DNA from: Opitutales bacterium
GTDB lineage: Bacteria; Verrucomicrobiota; Verrucomicrobiia; Opitutales; PNEW01
Direction of reading: 5' to 3'
Length of the DNA: 32,000 nucleotides
Assembly (NCBI GenBank): GCA_965219535.1
Contig: CBDCNV010000002.1
Location: 1,140,001-1,172,000, forward strand
Program-made: the position numbers and the translations under genes
The notes under the pieces: model-generated
Databases searched by the model: none
The model's input: only the letters and a program-made list of their open reading frames with translations
What the model was told of the DNA's origin: nothing
Shown here: positions 17,975 through 26,610 of the stretch, piece after piece
Position numbering within the stretch: position 1 is the first letter of the stretch
Layout of the letters: each line of letters begins with the position of its first letter

Positions 17975-18148
17975 ACAGTAGAAAGCCGGATGGCCAGATA
18001 ACCGGTAGACCGGAGCGCCGGAAAGCCAGAGAGTCAATTCCGAGTTCCGCAGTCGCGGAACGACATCTTTAAAGCCGGAGTGCTGGAGTGAGAAATAGAG
18101 GATAATTTCTTCCGCATTTCCTTTTTGACTTTTTGACCTTTTGACTTT
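17964..18148 (+). repeat. composite repeat: GTGAACA heptamers, family 1 copy B, and TTTTGAC-type octamers
   Basis: GTGAACAGTGAACAGT at 17964-17979. Family 1 copy B at 17978-18118, with perfect hairpin GTTCCGC-AGTC-GCGGAAC at 18044-18061. CTTTTTGA-like x3 at 18121-18148. Confidence 0.7.
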
Positions 18149-18158
18149 AATCATTCCA

Positions 18159-18365
18159 ATGAACCCGATTGGTATTATCCTTTATCTACTGCTTGTTGCG
18201 ATCATCGTCATGTTTTGGCTTAAGATACGGAAGAAGTCACTCGACGATCTGCTCGAACAGAGCAACCATGACTATCACCATGTCCAGAAAGTGATGGCTA
18301 AACATCCATTCGGCGGTTCCTGGAATGAACACCAGCAATGGATGAAGGAAGAGGACTCGTCCTAG
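18159..18365 (+). CDS. small single-pass membrane protein (hypothetical)
   Basis: ATG 18159 gives MNPIGIILYLLLVAIIVMFWLKIRKK, one TM helix then a polar tail. The track's TTG 18141 lies inside a tandem repeat and is unlikely to be the start. Confidence 0.45.
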   Translation: MNPIGIILYLLLVAIIVMFWLKIRKKSLDDLLEQSNHDYHHVQKVMAKHPFGGSWNEHQQWMKEEDSS

Positions 18366-18374
18366 AAATAATTT

Positions 18375-18450
18375 TTATCATTGCGGAAGACAAAGGCTAC
18401 CCCGTCAGGCAAGAGCGGGGAGGGGCGACGGATTGTCATCGCGCAATCGG
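18375..18450. repeat. family-2-like GC-rich structured segment
   Basis: TCATTGCGG..CCCCGTCAGGCAAGAGCGGGG..GATTGTCATCGCGCAATCGG. It shares the TTGTCATCGCG and GTCAGGC words with 8161-8330 and 26611-26722. Confidence 0.4.
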
Positions 18451-18463
18451 AAATTGAATGGAA

Positions 18464-18847
18464 TTACTTAAGAATCTGAATCGTCAAGGGATAATTCCAG
18501 ACTTCTCCGTTGTTTGCTTTGATACCCCCGATGACGGGAAAGACAATACAGAGGCCAGCAAGAATAAAAAGCAGCGGTATTCCGATTAATACAAAAGTTA
18601 ATAGTAAACCTACCGCACTGTAAATTATGGCGGAGATCAGCCAATTGACGACGATTTTACCATGCACGTCTATTGCGGGAATTTCGTCCTTTTTAATCTG
18701 CCAGAGAATGATTGGAAGAATTAGACCGGCGAATGGTACCACGAAACCTGCGAGAACCGAAAAATGCACAAACATGGCCCATTGATTAGGTTGTAGATTT
18801 CCCCCGGTCGGTTTTGATTCAGATTGTCCCTCCTGTTTTTTTGCCAT
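18464..18847 (-). CDS. DUF4870-like integral membrane protein
   Basis: 127 aa with three or four TM segments. The layout (polar N-terminus, HFSVLAGFVVPFAGLILPIILW, C-terminal NGEVWNYPL) resembles DUF4870 proteins. The family assignment is from memory only. Confidence 0.55.
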   Translation of the reverse strand: MAKKQEGQSESKPTGGNLQPNQWAMFVHFSVLAGFVVPFAGLILPIILWQIKKDEIPAIDVHGKIVVNWLISAIIYSAVGLLLTFVLIGIPLLFILAGLCIVFPVIGGIKANNGEVWNYPLTIQILK

Positions 18848-18950
18848 TGTCCATTATTTATCTCGACGAGAGGATAAACGGTCAAGACGAAATGGCAGGT
18901 TGTGCTAAAAGCTGAACGCCTGATACAATGAAGCGACGGTCGACGTTCCT

Positions 18951-18974
18951 AAAGGGGAATTGGCATACCCCTTT
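18951..18974 (-). terminator. possible terminator hairpin after the TPR gene
   Basis: AAAGGGG-N10-CCCCTTT perfect 7-bp stem, 10 nt downstream of the TPR stop. There is no extended U-tract beyond the stem. Confidence 0.3.
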
Positions 18975-18984
18975 AAACAATCAA

Positions 18985-20361
18985 CTAAGATCGGGTGGCT
19001 TCGATAACGAGGATGATATGCTCAACCTGTTCTAGGAAATCTGCGACATTCTCCTTAAATTCTATTTCTTGCGCTTCACGCAATAGCTCAGCTGCTTCGA
19101 CATATTCTTTAACCCTGCCTAATAGCTGTGCATGCATGACCAAAGCTTCCGCTTTAAAGTCATCTATTTCCTTGGCCTGATCGAATAATTCCACTGCTCG
19201 TTCGGAGTTACCTTCCCTGCCGTAAAAGTTACCTAAGATAAGAATTGCTCGTCCCTGATTTGAGTCCCGTTTAATTATTTCTTCAAGCGTTGCTATTGCT
19301 TTTTCACCTTCACCTCGAGCAATGGCGATCTGGGATTGCATCGTCAACAAGGTTAAATCTTCATCCTCAGTACTGCGCCCTCGGTAGAGCCTTTTTATTT
19401 TTACTATCAAATTAGCAGCTTCATCGTAAGCTCCATAATTAATCAGGGACCTTACGGCTCGTATGGGAGAATCGAGTTTCTGTTCGGGATCTTTAATAAC
19501 TGACGCCATATATGCATCAAATGCTAGATCGAGCATTTGCCTGTTAATATAAATATCACCAAGCAGGAGTAAGCTGTCAGCAGGTGCTTTATTCATGCGT
19601 TTTAAGATTTCGAAATTAGCAGCTGCCTTGTCTATATTCCCAAGACCGATGTAACCATTCGCCTGCAATAACCAGAATTCTGGGTTTTCAGGGTCTATAG
19701 ACAGCAATTCTTGAAAAACAGCATTACTCTCCTTGTATCTTTCCTGATAGAGGTAGTTTTGAGCCAGGAACCCTTTCCATGACTTTTCTTCAGGTTCAAT
19801 TAATATCGCTTTTGTTAATGCTTTTTCTGCCGCGATATAATCTTCTTTCAGTTGTAGACAATAACCGAGAAGACCATAGGTGCCTCCCTCTGTATTGCCT
19901 AAGGAGATAGTTCGCTTGAGGTACTTGATGGCTTCGTCGAAATCTTCCATTCTTACGCTAAGAAAAGCCAAGGTTTTTTGATTGAGCAGATAGTAAGGAT
20001 GTTTTTCTCCCACCTCTATAAAAAGACGTTTTGCTCGTTTTAACTCATCTTTTTGAAAATAAAGATTACCGAGTATGAGGGTCATAGCCGCACTCGATTC
20101 TATCGTAATCGCGGTCTCCAGTAAACTGATTGCCGAATCGACGTTATCCGGTAGAAGCGTTTGTATTTGTGTAATTATTTCTCTTTCTTCGATCGTTATC
20201 TTTGGGCTTCTTTCTATAATGTAGCTTAGATCTCCAATATACAATTCATGCCAATAGGGATCTTTGTATAAATCTTTCACCGGATTGGGTAGGGGCTTAT
20301 ATGCCGACAGCGTGCCAAAAACACTGAAGCAAAATATTAACAGTAGGATAATTTTTTTCAT
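18985..20361 (-). CDS. secreted tetratricopeptide (TPR) repeat protein
   Basis: 458 aa. Signal peptide MKKIILLLIFCFSVFGTLSA and many 34-residue TPR-like repeats (A/G/Y/L pattern, for example LGNLYFQKDELKRAKRLF). Confidence 0.8.
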   Translation of the reverse strand: MKKIILLLIFCFSVFGTLSAYKPLPNPVKDLYKDPYWHELYIGDLSYIIERSPKITIEEREIITQIQTLLPDNVDSAISLLETAITIESSAAMTLILGNLYFQKDELKRAKRLFIEVGEKHPYYLLNQKTLAFLSVRMEDFDEAIKYLKRTISLGNTEGGTYGLLGYCLQLKEDYIAAEKALTKAILIEPEEKSWKGFLAQNYLYQERYKESNAVFQELLSIDPENPEFWLLQANGYIGLGNIDKAAANFEILKRMNKAPADSLLLLGDIYINRQMLDLAFDAYMASVIKDPEQKLDSPIRAVRSLINYGAYDEAANLIVKIKRLYRGRSTEDEDLTLLTMQSQIAIARGEGEKAIATLEEIIKRDSNQGRAILILGNFYGREGNSERAVELFDQAKEIDDFKAEALVMHAQLLGRVKEYVEAAELLREAQEIEFKENVADFLEQVEHIILVIEATRS

Positions 20362-20602
20362 TATTTACTTTTACAAATTTAATTCACCGGGTGAATAGCT
20401 TTCACCCGTATAAACCTTTATACTCTATCACCAGAGTAAACGCTTATTATTGATAATGGGTTTAGATAAATTCAACCTAATTATTGCCTTCTTTCACTAT
20501 TTTGAATGACATCTCCGATGGAATCTAATGTCCCTAGCATGCAATATACGCCTTTTTTCATATCTAAGCACCGTTTTATTGCCTGAGTAGTACTCAAACA
20601 TT

Positions 20603-21037
20603 ATGAATAATACAGAAAAGTCACTGCATTCGGCAAAGATCGGGCTCTATGGATTAATTGTGGCAATGGTTGTCACCGTTGCGATAATGATCTATGCTGC
20701 TCATCCTTGGGGAGAAAACTATGCTAACCAAACGCTTACGGACTATGTCTATCTTCTGGCCTTTTCTTTCTGGTCAATTGTGCCCTATCTCGCACTAATA
20801 ATATTCATTCACCTCTTTCGACAGTATAAACACCCCTATTATGTAGTAAACTGCGGTGTTGGATTAATTATTTTGGCAAGCCTGGCATTTCTTATCGATA
20901 CCGTTTTTATTCATCCTGACGCCCAGGGGGCGCATATCTTTCTCTTCTTACCCATCTATCAATGGCTTGCCATATTGCTCTTAGGCATCGTGGCAGCCAT
21001 CGTTTTTCAGCTGACAAAAAAAAGTGCGCCCTATTAG
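20603..21037 (+). CDS. integral membrane protein (hypothetical, about 4 TM)
   Basis: 144 aa, four hydrophobic segments, no recognisable motif. Confidence 0.55.
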   Translation: MNNTEKSLHSAKIGLYGLIVAMVVTVAIMIYAAHPWGENYANQTLTDYVYLLAFSFWSIVPYLALIIFIHLFRQYKHPYYVVNCGVGLIILASLAFLIDTVFIHPDAQGAHIFLFLPIYQWLAILLLGIVAAIVFQLTKKSAPY

Positions 21038-21090
21038 TTTTAAATACCTCGTGACTCCACTCGTCTTATTTCCCCTCGAAACAATTTAAA

Positions 21091-22116
21091 ATGGCCTTAA
21101 TAGAAAGTCGTGAATTTCGCTTGAAGCAATATCCGGAGGGGATTCCCGTCCCCGAGATTTTTCAACTGGAAAAAGTGAATTTTGGAAAATTGAATGAGGG
21201 TGAAATACTCATAAAAAATATTTGGATGTCAGTGGATCCTTATATGCGTGGACGTATGGTGGGTGTGAAAAGCTACGCTGAGCCATTTAAAATTGGGGAA
21301 GTCTTATATGGAGGGGCAATTGGCCAGGTGATTGAGTCCTTGCATGTGGATTACAAACCAGGATACATCGTTAAAAGTATGCAGGGCTGGCGGGAATATT
21401 ATATTTCTAATGGTGAGGGTTTGGAAAAAATTGATTGTGATCGCGCGCCACCACAGACCTATTTAGGTGTTATGGGAATGCCTGGTATGACCGCGTATGT
21501 AGGTCTGCTCTACATAGGAGAGGTGAAACCAGAAGATACAGTATTTGTTTCAGCTGCATCCGGCGCGGTTGGTTCTCTCGTGTGCCAGATAGCAAAAATG
21601 AAAGGCTGTCGTGTGGTCGGTAGTGCCGGTTCGGAGCAAAAAGTTAAATGGTTAATGGATGAAGCCAAAATAGATGTGGCCATTAACTATAAAACTTCCG
21701 TTGACTTTGATTCTGAACTTTCAAAAGCGTGCCCCGATGGAATTGACGTTTACCATGATAATGTTGGCGGTAAGCAACTGGAGGCTGCGTTAAACTTGAT
21801 GAATCAATCCGGTCGCATAGTCGTTTGCGGAACAATTTCAAATTATAATGATACAGAGCCAATGCCGGGACCTTCAAATCTCCGTCAGGTTTTAGTTAAA
21901 AGATTAAAGATGCAGGGCTTTATAGTAAGCGATCACATGGAGTTGTATCCCGAGTTTATAGAGCAAATGTCGAAATGGATTTCGGAAGGTAATTTGAAAT
22001 GGCGTGAAACGATTGTTGAGGGTATAGAAAATGCACCGGCCGCGTTTATCGGCCTTTTTAAGGGCGATAATATCGGTAAAATGTTAGTAAAACTAGGTGA
22101 TCCAGAAAAATTTTAA
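21091..22116 (+). CDS. NADP-dependent alkenal/enone oxidoreductase, medium-chain dehydrogenase/reductase family (PTGR1/YncB/CurA-like)
   Basis: 341 aa. Nucleotide-binding AASGAVGSLVCQIAKMKGCRVVGSAGS and C-terminal GDNIGKMLVKL are typical of this zinc-free MDR subgroup. Confidence 0.85.
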   Translation: MALIESREFRLKQYPEGIPVPEIFQLEKVNFGKLNEGEILIKNIWMSVDPYMRGRMVGVKSYAEPFKIGEVLYGGAIGQVIESLHVDYKPGYIVKSMQGWREYYISNGEGLEKIDCDRAPPQTYLGVMGMPGMTAYVGLLYIGEVKPEDTVFVSAASGAVGSLVCQIAKMKGCRVVGSAGSEQKVKWLMDEAKIDVAINYKTSVDFDSELSKACPDGIDVYHDNVGGKQLEAALNLMNQSGRIVVCGTISNYNDTEPMPGPSNLRQVLVKRLKMQGFIVSDHMELYPEFIEQMSKWISEGNLKWRETIVEGIENAPAAFIGLFKGDNIGKMLVKLGDPEKF

Positions 22117-22302
22117 TTCTTTTTTCTTCTCCCAGCATGACAGTTAATCTAAGATAGATTGACAGTTAGGGTTTCCGCTTTTAGGATAAGTGATCACGAT
22201 TGTGAGTTAGAATTTTTTATTACTTCTATTGTCATGTTTTTATTCGTCCTACAGATGAAGCTGTAGCAAATAAGGTCATATTACCTGTTTTATTATTTTA
22301 TC

Positions 22303-22671
22303 ATGAAGAGCGTACTCGTAGTAGATGATGAACCTGGAATGCGTGAAATGGTGAAGCAACTTTTGCTTAATGAGGGGTATCATGTGCTTGAAGCTTCAAA
22401 CGGAAAGCACGCGATGGAATTTCTGAAAAACGAATCACCTGAACTTGTGATTACCGACATCATCATGGAGGAGATGGACGGTGTGGAAATAATTATGGAA
22501 ATTCGAGAAAACTATCCCGATGTAAAGATAATTGCGATGAGTGGCGGTAGTAAAATTTCATCAGAAGATTATCTCGAATCGGCTTCGGATCTGGGCGCGG
22601 ATCGAATCTTCAATAAACCCTTTGCTCTTTCCGATATGTTGAGCGCGATTAAAGAGCTGATTGAAGAGTAG
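22303..22671 (+). CDS. stand-alone response-regulator receiver domain (CheY-like)
   Basis: 122 aa. VVDDEP acidic pocket, phospho-acceptor Asp in LVITDIIM, conserved MSGG and NKPF (Lys). Confidence 0.9.
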   Translation: MKSVLVVDDEPGMREMVKQLLLNEGYHVLEASNGKHAMEFLKNESPELVITDIIMEEMDGVEIIMEIRENYPDVKIIAMSGGSKISSEDYLESASDLGADRIFNKPFALSDMLSAIKELIEE

Positions 22672-22864
22672 TAGTAAGGTTCAACGGTTCAGCGGTTCAA
22701 CGGTTGGAGAGGATGATATTTTGAAGTGAACAGCAAGAAGAGGTAGCAGATGGAATTGGGTTGCGGGGTTCAATATTTAATGGCGTGTTAATAATAACTC
22801 TGAACGTTGAACCGTTGAACCCTGAACCCTGAACCCTGAACCCCGAACCCTGAACCTATTCACA
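22672..22864. repeat. imperfect hairpin cassette without a gene, built from the same word set
   Basis: (GGTTCARC)x3 at 22678-22701 is complementary to CTGAACGTTGAACCGTTGAACC at 22800-22822. This is followed by (CCTGAAC)x5 at 22821-22855. The loop holds GTGAACAG (22726-22733), AAGAAGAGGTAG (22735-22746) and GGGTTGCGGGGTTCA (22758-22772). Confidence 0.75.
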
Positions 22865-23914
22865 ATGCCTTTAACTGTAGAACTTAACGAAACGGATCGT
22901 CGGATATGGGAGGAACTTGATTCATTTGTTCCCAAGGAAATAATCGACGTTCATACCCACCTCTATCTTTGGGAGTTTAATAGCGATCCCGATAAAGATA
23001 AGGCTCCGGAAGCGGGTAAAACTTGGCCGGCAAAACCGTTTCGGGAGGATTTCCCCATCGCGGGTTGGGAGCAAAGTAATAAAATTGATCAACTTCTCAT
23101 GCCCGGCCGAAAGGTTCACCGGCTTTCTTTTGGCATGCCTTTTGCGAGGGTTGATTTCGAAGCATCGAATAAATTTACCGCCGCGCAGACGGCGAATGAT
23201 TCCAATTCTCACGCATTAATGTTAGTAGAGCCAAAGATGACTGCCGACTACCTGGAAGAGCAGGTAGAAAAATACGGATTTATCGGTTTTAAACCCTACC
23301 GGTTATACTCGATAACGGGCGATGTCGATAATTGCCGAATTACCGATTTTATTGCCGAACACCAGGTTGAAGTCGCTCACCGACTGGGTCTCATTATCAT
23401 GATGCATGTTTCCAAACGCAACGCGATCGCCGACCAGGATAACATTGATGACATGCAGCGACTTTCTGATAAGTACCCAAACGCAAAATGGATACTCGCC
23501 CACTGCGGTCGCAGTTATTCTTCCTGGGCTATAGAAAAAGGCGGAAAAGTCATGAGGGATTTACCCAATGTATGGTTTGATACCTCAGCCGTCACCGAGT
23601 CCGATGCGATTGATGCTCTACTAACCACCGTCGGGCTCGATCGAGTTATGTATGGAAGTGATGATATTCCCTTTGGCATTATGCGGGGAAAATTAATCGC
23701 TTTTGGCTATTCGTGGGCGCTTCTTACTGAAGACAATCACTCTTTTGCTCTCAATCATTGTGATGGTCGACTGACTTTCATCCGTTACGAAGAATTGCGA
23801 GCCATGCAGCGTGCTGTTAAAAAATATGGTCAGTCTGATAAGGTTTGCCAGGACCTGTTTTATAACAATGCAAAAAAATTAATTGATTCCGTTGGTTCGG
23901 AGGTTTCCTCTTAA
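22865..23914 (+). CDS. amidohydrolase-family (TIM-barrel metal-dependent hydrolase) protein
   Basis: 349 aa. IDVHTHLY N-terminal His-x-His, MMHVS, AHCGR and GSDD ligands consistent with an Amidohydro_2-like fold. Confidence 0.7.
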   Translation: MPLTVELNETDRRIWEELDSFVPKEIIDVHTHLYLWEFNSDPDKDKAPEAGKTWPAKPFREDFPIAGWEQSNKIDQLLMPGRKVHRLSFGMPFARVDFEASNKFTAAQTANDSNSHALMLVEPKMTADYLEEQVEKYGFIGFKPYRLYSITGDVDNCRITDFIAEHQVEVAHRLGLIIMMHVSKRNAIADQDNIDDMQRLSDKYPNAKWILAHCGRSYSSWAIEKGGKVMRDLPNVWFDTSAVTESDAIDALLTTVGLDRVMYGSDDIPFGIMRGKLIAFGYSWALLTEDNHSFALNHCDGRLTFIRYEELRAMQRAVKKYGQSDKVCQDLFYNNAKKLIDSVGSEVSS

Positions 23915-23950
23915 GCGTATACGCGAGCATGCGTGTATGCGATGATGCGA
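23912..23950 (+). repeat. repeat family 3 copy starting at the amidohydrolase stop codon
   Basis: TAAGCGTATACGCGAGCATGCGTG matches the reverse complement of 14958-14981 (TAAGGGTATACGCGAAGATGCGTG) at 21 of 24 positions, counted by hand. Confidence 0.6.
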
Positions 23951-24000
23951 TTAAAAAAGAGATAGCCACAAGAGGCACAAAATAGAAAGCAGATAAAAGG

Positions 24001-24279
24001 ATGAATAATATGTACGATTTATTAATAATAGCTGTTATCTTAATTATTTGTTTAATCGGATGCGTATTTTGGTTTCTCTATCGAGCCATGAAATCCACTG
24101 CTGATAAGCACCGTCGGGTGGATGATACATTAGATAAATCCATCGAGCAGCAGGAAAGAAAAGATGCGATTTTGGCCAATGATGAATTGCTACAGCAACG
24201 ACACGAAAAGCTGATTAAAAAAATGGAAGATAATTGTGAGCGAGTGGAAAAGCTACTCGACAGATTTGAATCACGTTAA
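24001..24279 (+). CDS. small membrane-anchored coiled-coil protein (hypothetical)
   Basis: 92 aa. One N-terminal TM helix (LLIIAVILIICLIGCVFWFL) then a charged helical tail. Confidence 0.45.
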   Translation: MNNMYDLLIIAVILIICLIGCVFWFLYRAMKSTADKHRRVDDTLDKSIEQQERKDAILANDELLQQRHEKLIKKMEDNCERVEKLLDRFESR

Positions 24280-24307
24280 TGCACTCCTTAATAGGGGAAG
24301 TGAAGCA

Positions 24308-24682
24308 TTAGACTGAAATCCAAATCAATAGAATAGGTATTAGGGCACCCGAGATGAGAGAAATCCAAATAGTCTTAGCCTTTCGTGTAAATCTGAACGC
24401 CATGACAATCCCTAATGAGGCTGTAGCGACGAAGCCCAATGACATTAAAAGTACAAACAATCGAAAGGGAACAGAAGGAGTTCCTGGATTTTCATTCATA
24501 GGCAATCGTTGGTTTTCATGTATCTCAGATAATTTCTTGAGAATGGTTGGTGCCATATAACTGCCATCTTTCTTGCTCTTGTGTAAGCTGAAAGATTGCC
24601 AGGCTCCGGAAACCACGAAAAAAAGGAGAAGCGGGGTAAAAAAACAACCGAGATAAATATGGAATTTTCGAATTAGATTCAT
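24308..24682 (-). CDS. small membrane protein, PepSY-associated-TM-like
   Basis: 124 aa. N-terminal KFHIYLGCFFTPLLLFFVVSGAW resembles PepSY_TM helices. Three or four TM segments. Confidence 0.5.
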   Translation of the reverse strand: MNLIRKFHIYLGCFFTPLLLFFVVSGAWQSFSLHKSKKDGSYMAPTILKKLSEIHENQRLPMNENPGTPSVPFRLFVLLMSLGFVATASLGIVMAFRFTRKAKTIWISLISGALIPILLIWISV

Positions 24683-24807
24683 TACATGCCTCCAGACCTA
24701 ACGTTTAAGTGTATCAATGCACTAATAGGTCTTCATCCTATTAAAGAGCAAATAACCCTCAAGTTATTACTTCACTTGTTGAATTATCCTATCCTTCGAC
24801 TGGGTGG

Positions 24808-25197
24808 ATGTCCTGTTCACCGCAAGTCGTTAATTATGATTCATTGATGGCAAGCCCGCTGATAATATTTCTGATCTCAATGGCCGGTGTCTCAAGTATC
24901 TATGCATATATTTGTGATATTCGTTTGTATCGAAAAGCGAGTAAGCTTAGCAATTGGGTGAAGCAAGAGCATCCAGATCTTTGGGCTGAGTTGAATATAT
25001 TTCTGAGGAATTGGAACGGCGGTCTGTCGGGATTAAAATACCTTCATCGCAGAGGTGTAATCAGTCTTCCTTATTATGATCAGCAATATGAGCAACTTAA
25101 GGTATTAGAGCGTAAAGTTTTTTGGGGAATTGGAATCGGTTCGCTGTGCATTGGTTGGGTGCTGATAGGAGCCATTTTCTGGGGCTGGAAATGGTAG
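24808..25197 (+). CDS. membrane protein (hypothetical)
   Basis: 129 aa with N- and C-terminal TM segments and no recognisable motif. Confidence 0.45.
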   Translation: MSCSPQVVNYDSLMASPLIIFLISMAGVSSIYAYICDIRLYRKASKLSNWVKQEHPDLWAELNIFLRNWNGGLSGLKYLHRRGVISLPYYDQQYEQLKVLERKVFWGIGIGSLCIGWVLIGAIFWGWKW

Positions 25198-25230
25198 AGC
25201 GCGGATGCAGTATAAAAGGTAAAAATTTAC

Positions 25231-25258
25231 TTTAGACTTTTGACCTTCGACCTTAGAC
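25231..25258. repeat. heptamer tandem array (TTTAGAC TTTTGAC CTTCGAC CTTAGAC)
   Basis: Four tandem 7-mers in the convergent gap between 24808..25197 and the BNR gene. The word set matches 18121-18148. Confidence 0.6.
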
Positions 25259-25271
25259 TCCCCTTTGTCCT

Positions 25272-26537
25272 CTAGTTCTCAAACCATTCCACCGGTATGA
25301 TCAGCAGTTTATGATCGGCGAGTGTGAGATGTGGGTAGTCTCCGATCTGCCATTCACGGTAAGAGAGATAAACATTCCGATTATAAATGCGTGCCGACAC
25401 ATAGTCATAAGTTCTCCCGAGCATGGGTTGAATGATCTTTCGAAACTGGAAAGACTTTCCTTCGTCTTTACTCACCGCAAAAGCTAGAGGTGTACGGTCA
25501 CAGTTGCGGTTTCTTTCACCCACCGAATTATTATTGTAGATGACCGCGATATGGCCGGAGTCGGGTAGGCGAAACAGGGTCTGGGGGGATACAGGGGTTT
25601 CTAATTCCACAATGGGAACAGGTTGACTCCAGGTCTGACCGCCGTCTGAGGAAATACTCTTATAAGGATTGCCGAGTTTGGTGCGTATGATCATGAACAC
25701 GCGTCCATCCTTAAGCTCGATTAACCCGGGTTCTTGAAGCGTTAATTTTTTGTATTCCTTGCCGGGAAAATCCTTCTGCAGCAAGGTGCATGATTCTCCC
25801 TGTTCCCAACTGTTTCCCTCATCATCCGAATAATAAGTGAGACAGGATTGCTTCATCCATCTGAATTCCTGGCCCGGATCAAGTGAGACGGCAGCAGGAA
25901 CCAGAATACGACCGGTCGATAACTGAAGGACGCGGGCATTATTGACGACATAAAAATGATTACGATCTGAAATGCGCTCGGCTTTAGTGAATTTTTTCCC
26001 ATCGATGGTAGAGCGAACATAAATGGAGCAGCGCATCTGTCGGTAGTCATCATCACTCCCCGTCTCGACCTCTTCCTTCCCGAGATAGACTAAGAGAACT
26101 TTATCGCTGGACTGCAGCCGGAGCAAACTGGCGTCCATCAGATTTGAATTAGCTCGGTGTTCTGCTTCGGAGAGAGAGGCATAGGTGTCAATCCCTCCCC
26201 AGCTCATGCCTAGATTGTGACTGCGCCGTCCAATGAGGATCGACCTGGAAAGATCACTGCGATTGCTATGGCGTGTCCACACCGCAAGAAGACTGTTATC
26301 AGCCAGTTGAGCGATATCGCCCTCGGAATGGCGCTGGTAAATCTCATCCGACCGTCCAAGAACTATTTCCTTACCCGGAGCAGCTGGCTCACCTTCGTCT
26401 TCGTCATCAGAGCGATCTCTTACATGAATGAGGACAGAATTACGGCTCTTAGCTTCGGTGGTATCAACTAGTCCGGCAACTACGAGAACTAGAATTATTA
26501 TTAGAGCCCAACGAAATAACTTAGTTAATAGATTCAT
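25272..26537 (-). CDS. secreted BNR/Asp-box beta-propeller protein (sialidase/GH33-like)
   Basis: 421 aa. Signal anchor LIIILVLVVAGLV. Asp-box motifs YSDDEGNSW, SSDGGQTW and SKDEGKSF. Confidence 0.8.
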   Translation of the reverse strand: MNLLTKLFRWALIIILVLVVAGLVDTTEAKSRNSVLIHVRDRSDDEDEGEPAAPGKEIVLGRSDEIYQRHSEGDIAQLADNSLLAVWTRHSNRSDLSRSILIGRRSHNLGMSWGGIDTYASLSEAEHRANSNLMDASLLRLQSSDKVLLVYLGKEEVETGSDDDYRQMRCSIYVRSTIDGKKFTKAERISDRNHFYVVNNARVLQLSTGRILVPAAVSLDPGQEFRWMKQSCLTYYSDDEGNSWEQGESCTLLQKDFPGKEYKKLTLQEPGLIELKDGRVFMIIRTKLGNPYKSISSDGGQTWSQPVPIVELETPVSPQTLFRLPDSGHIAVIYNNNSVGERNRNCDRTPLAFAVSKDEGKSFQFRKIIQPMLGRTYDYVSARIYNRNVYLSYREWQIGDYPHLTLADHKLLIIPVEWFEN

Positions 26538-26610
26538 CTTTGGTTCATCTCATTCAACAATGCATGACTGACCTCTGTCAATAAATCCAAATTGGCTTAG
26601 AAATTACCCT

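Noticed and set aside
17924-18154. 76-aa minus-strand ORF after lpxD
   Set aside because: It lies entirely over family 1 copy B and the heptamer/octamer arrays, antisense to the lpxD end. It is a repeat artefact.
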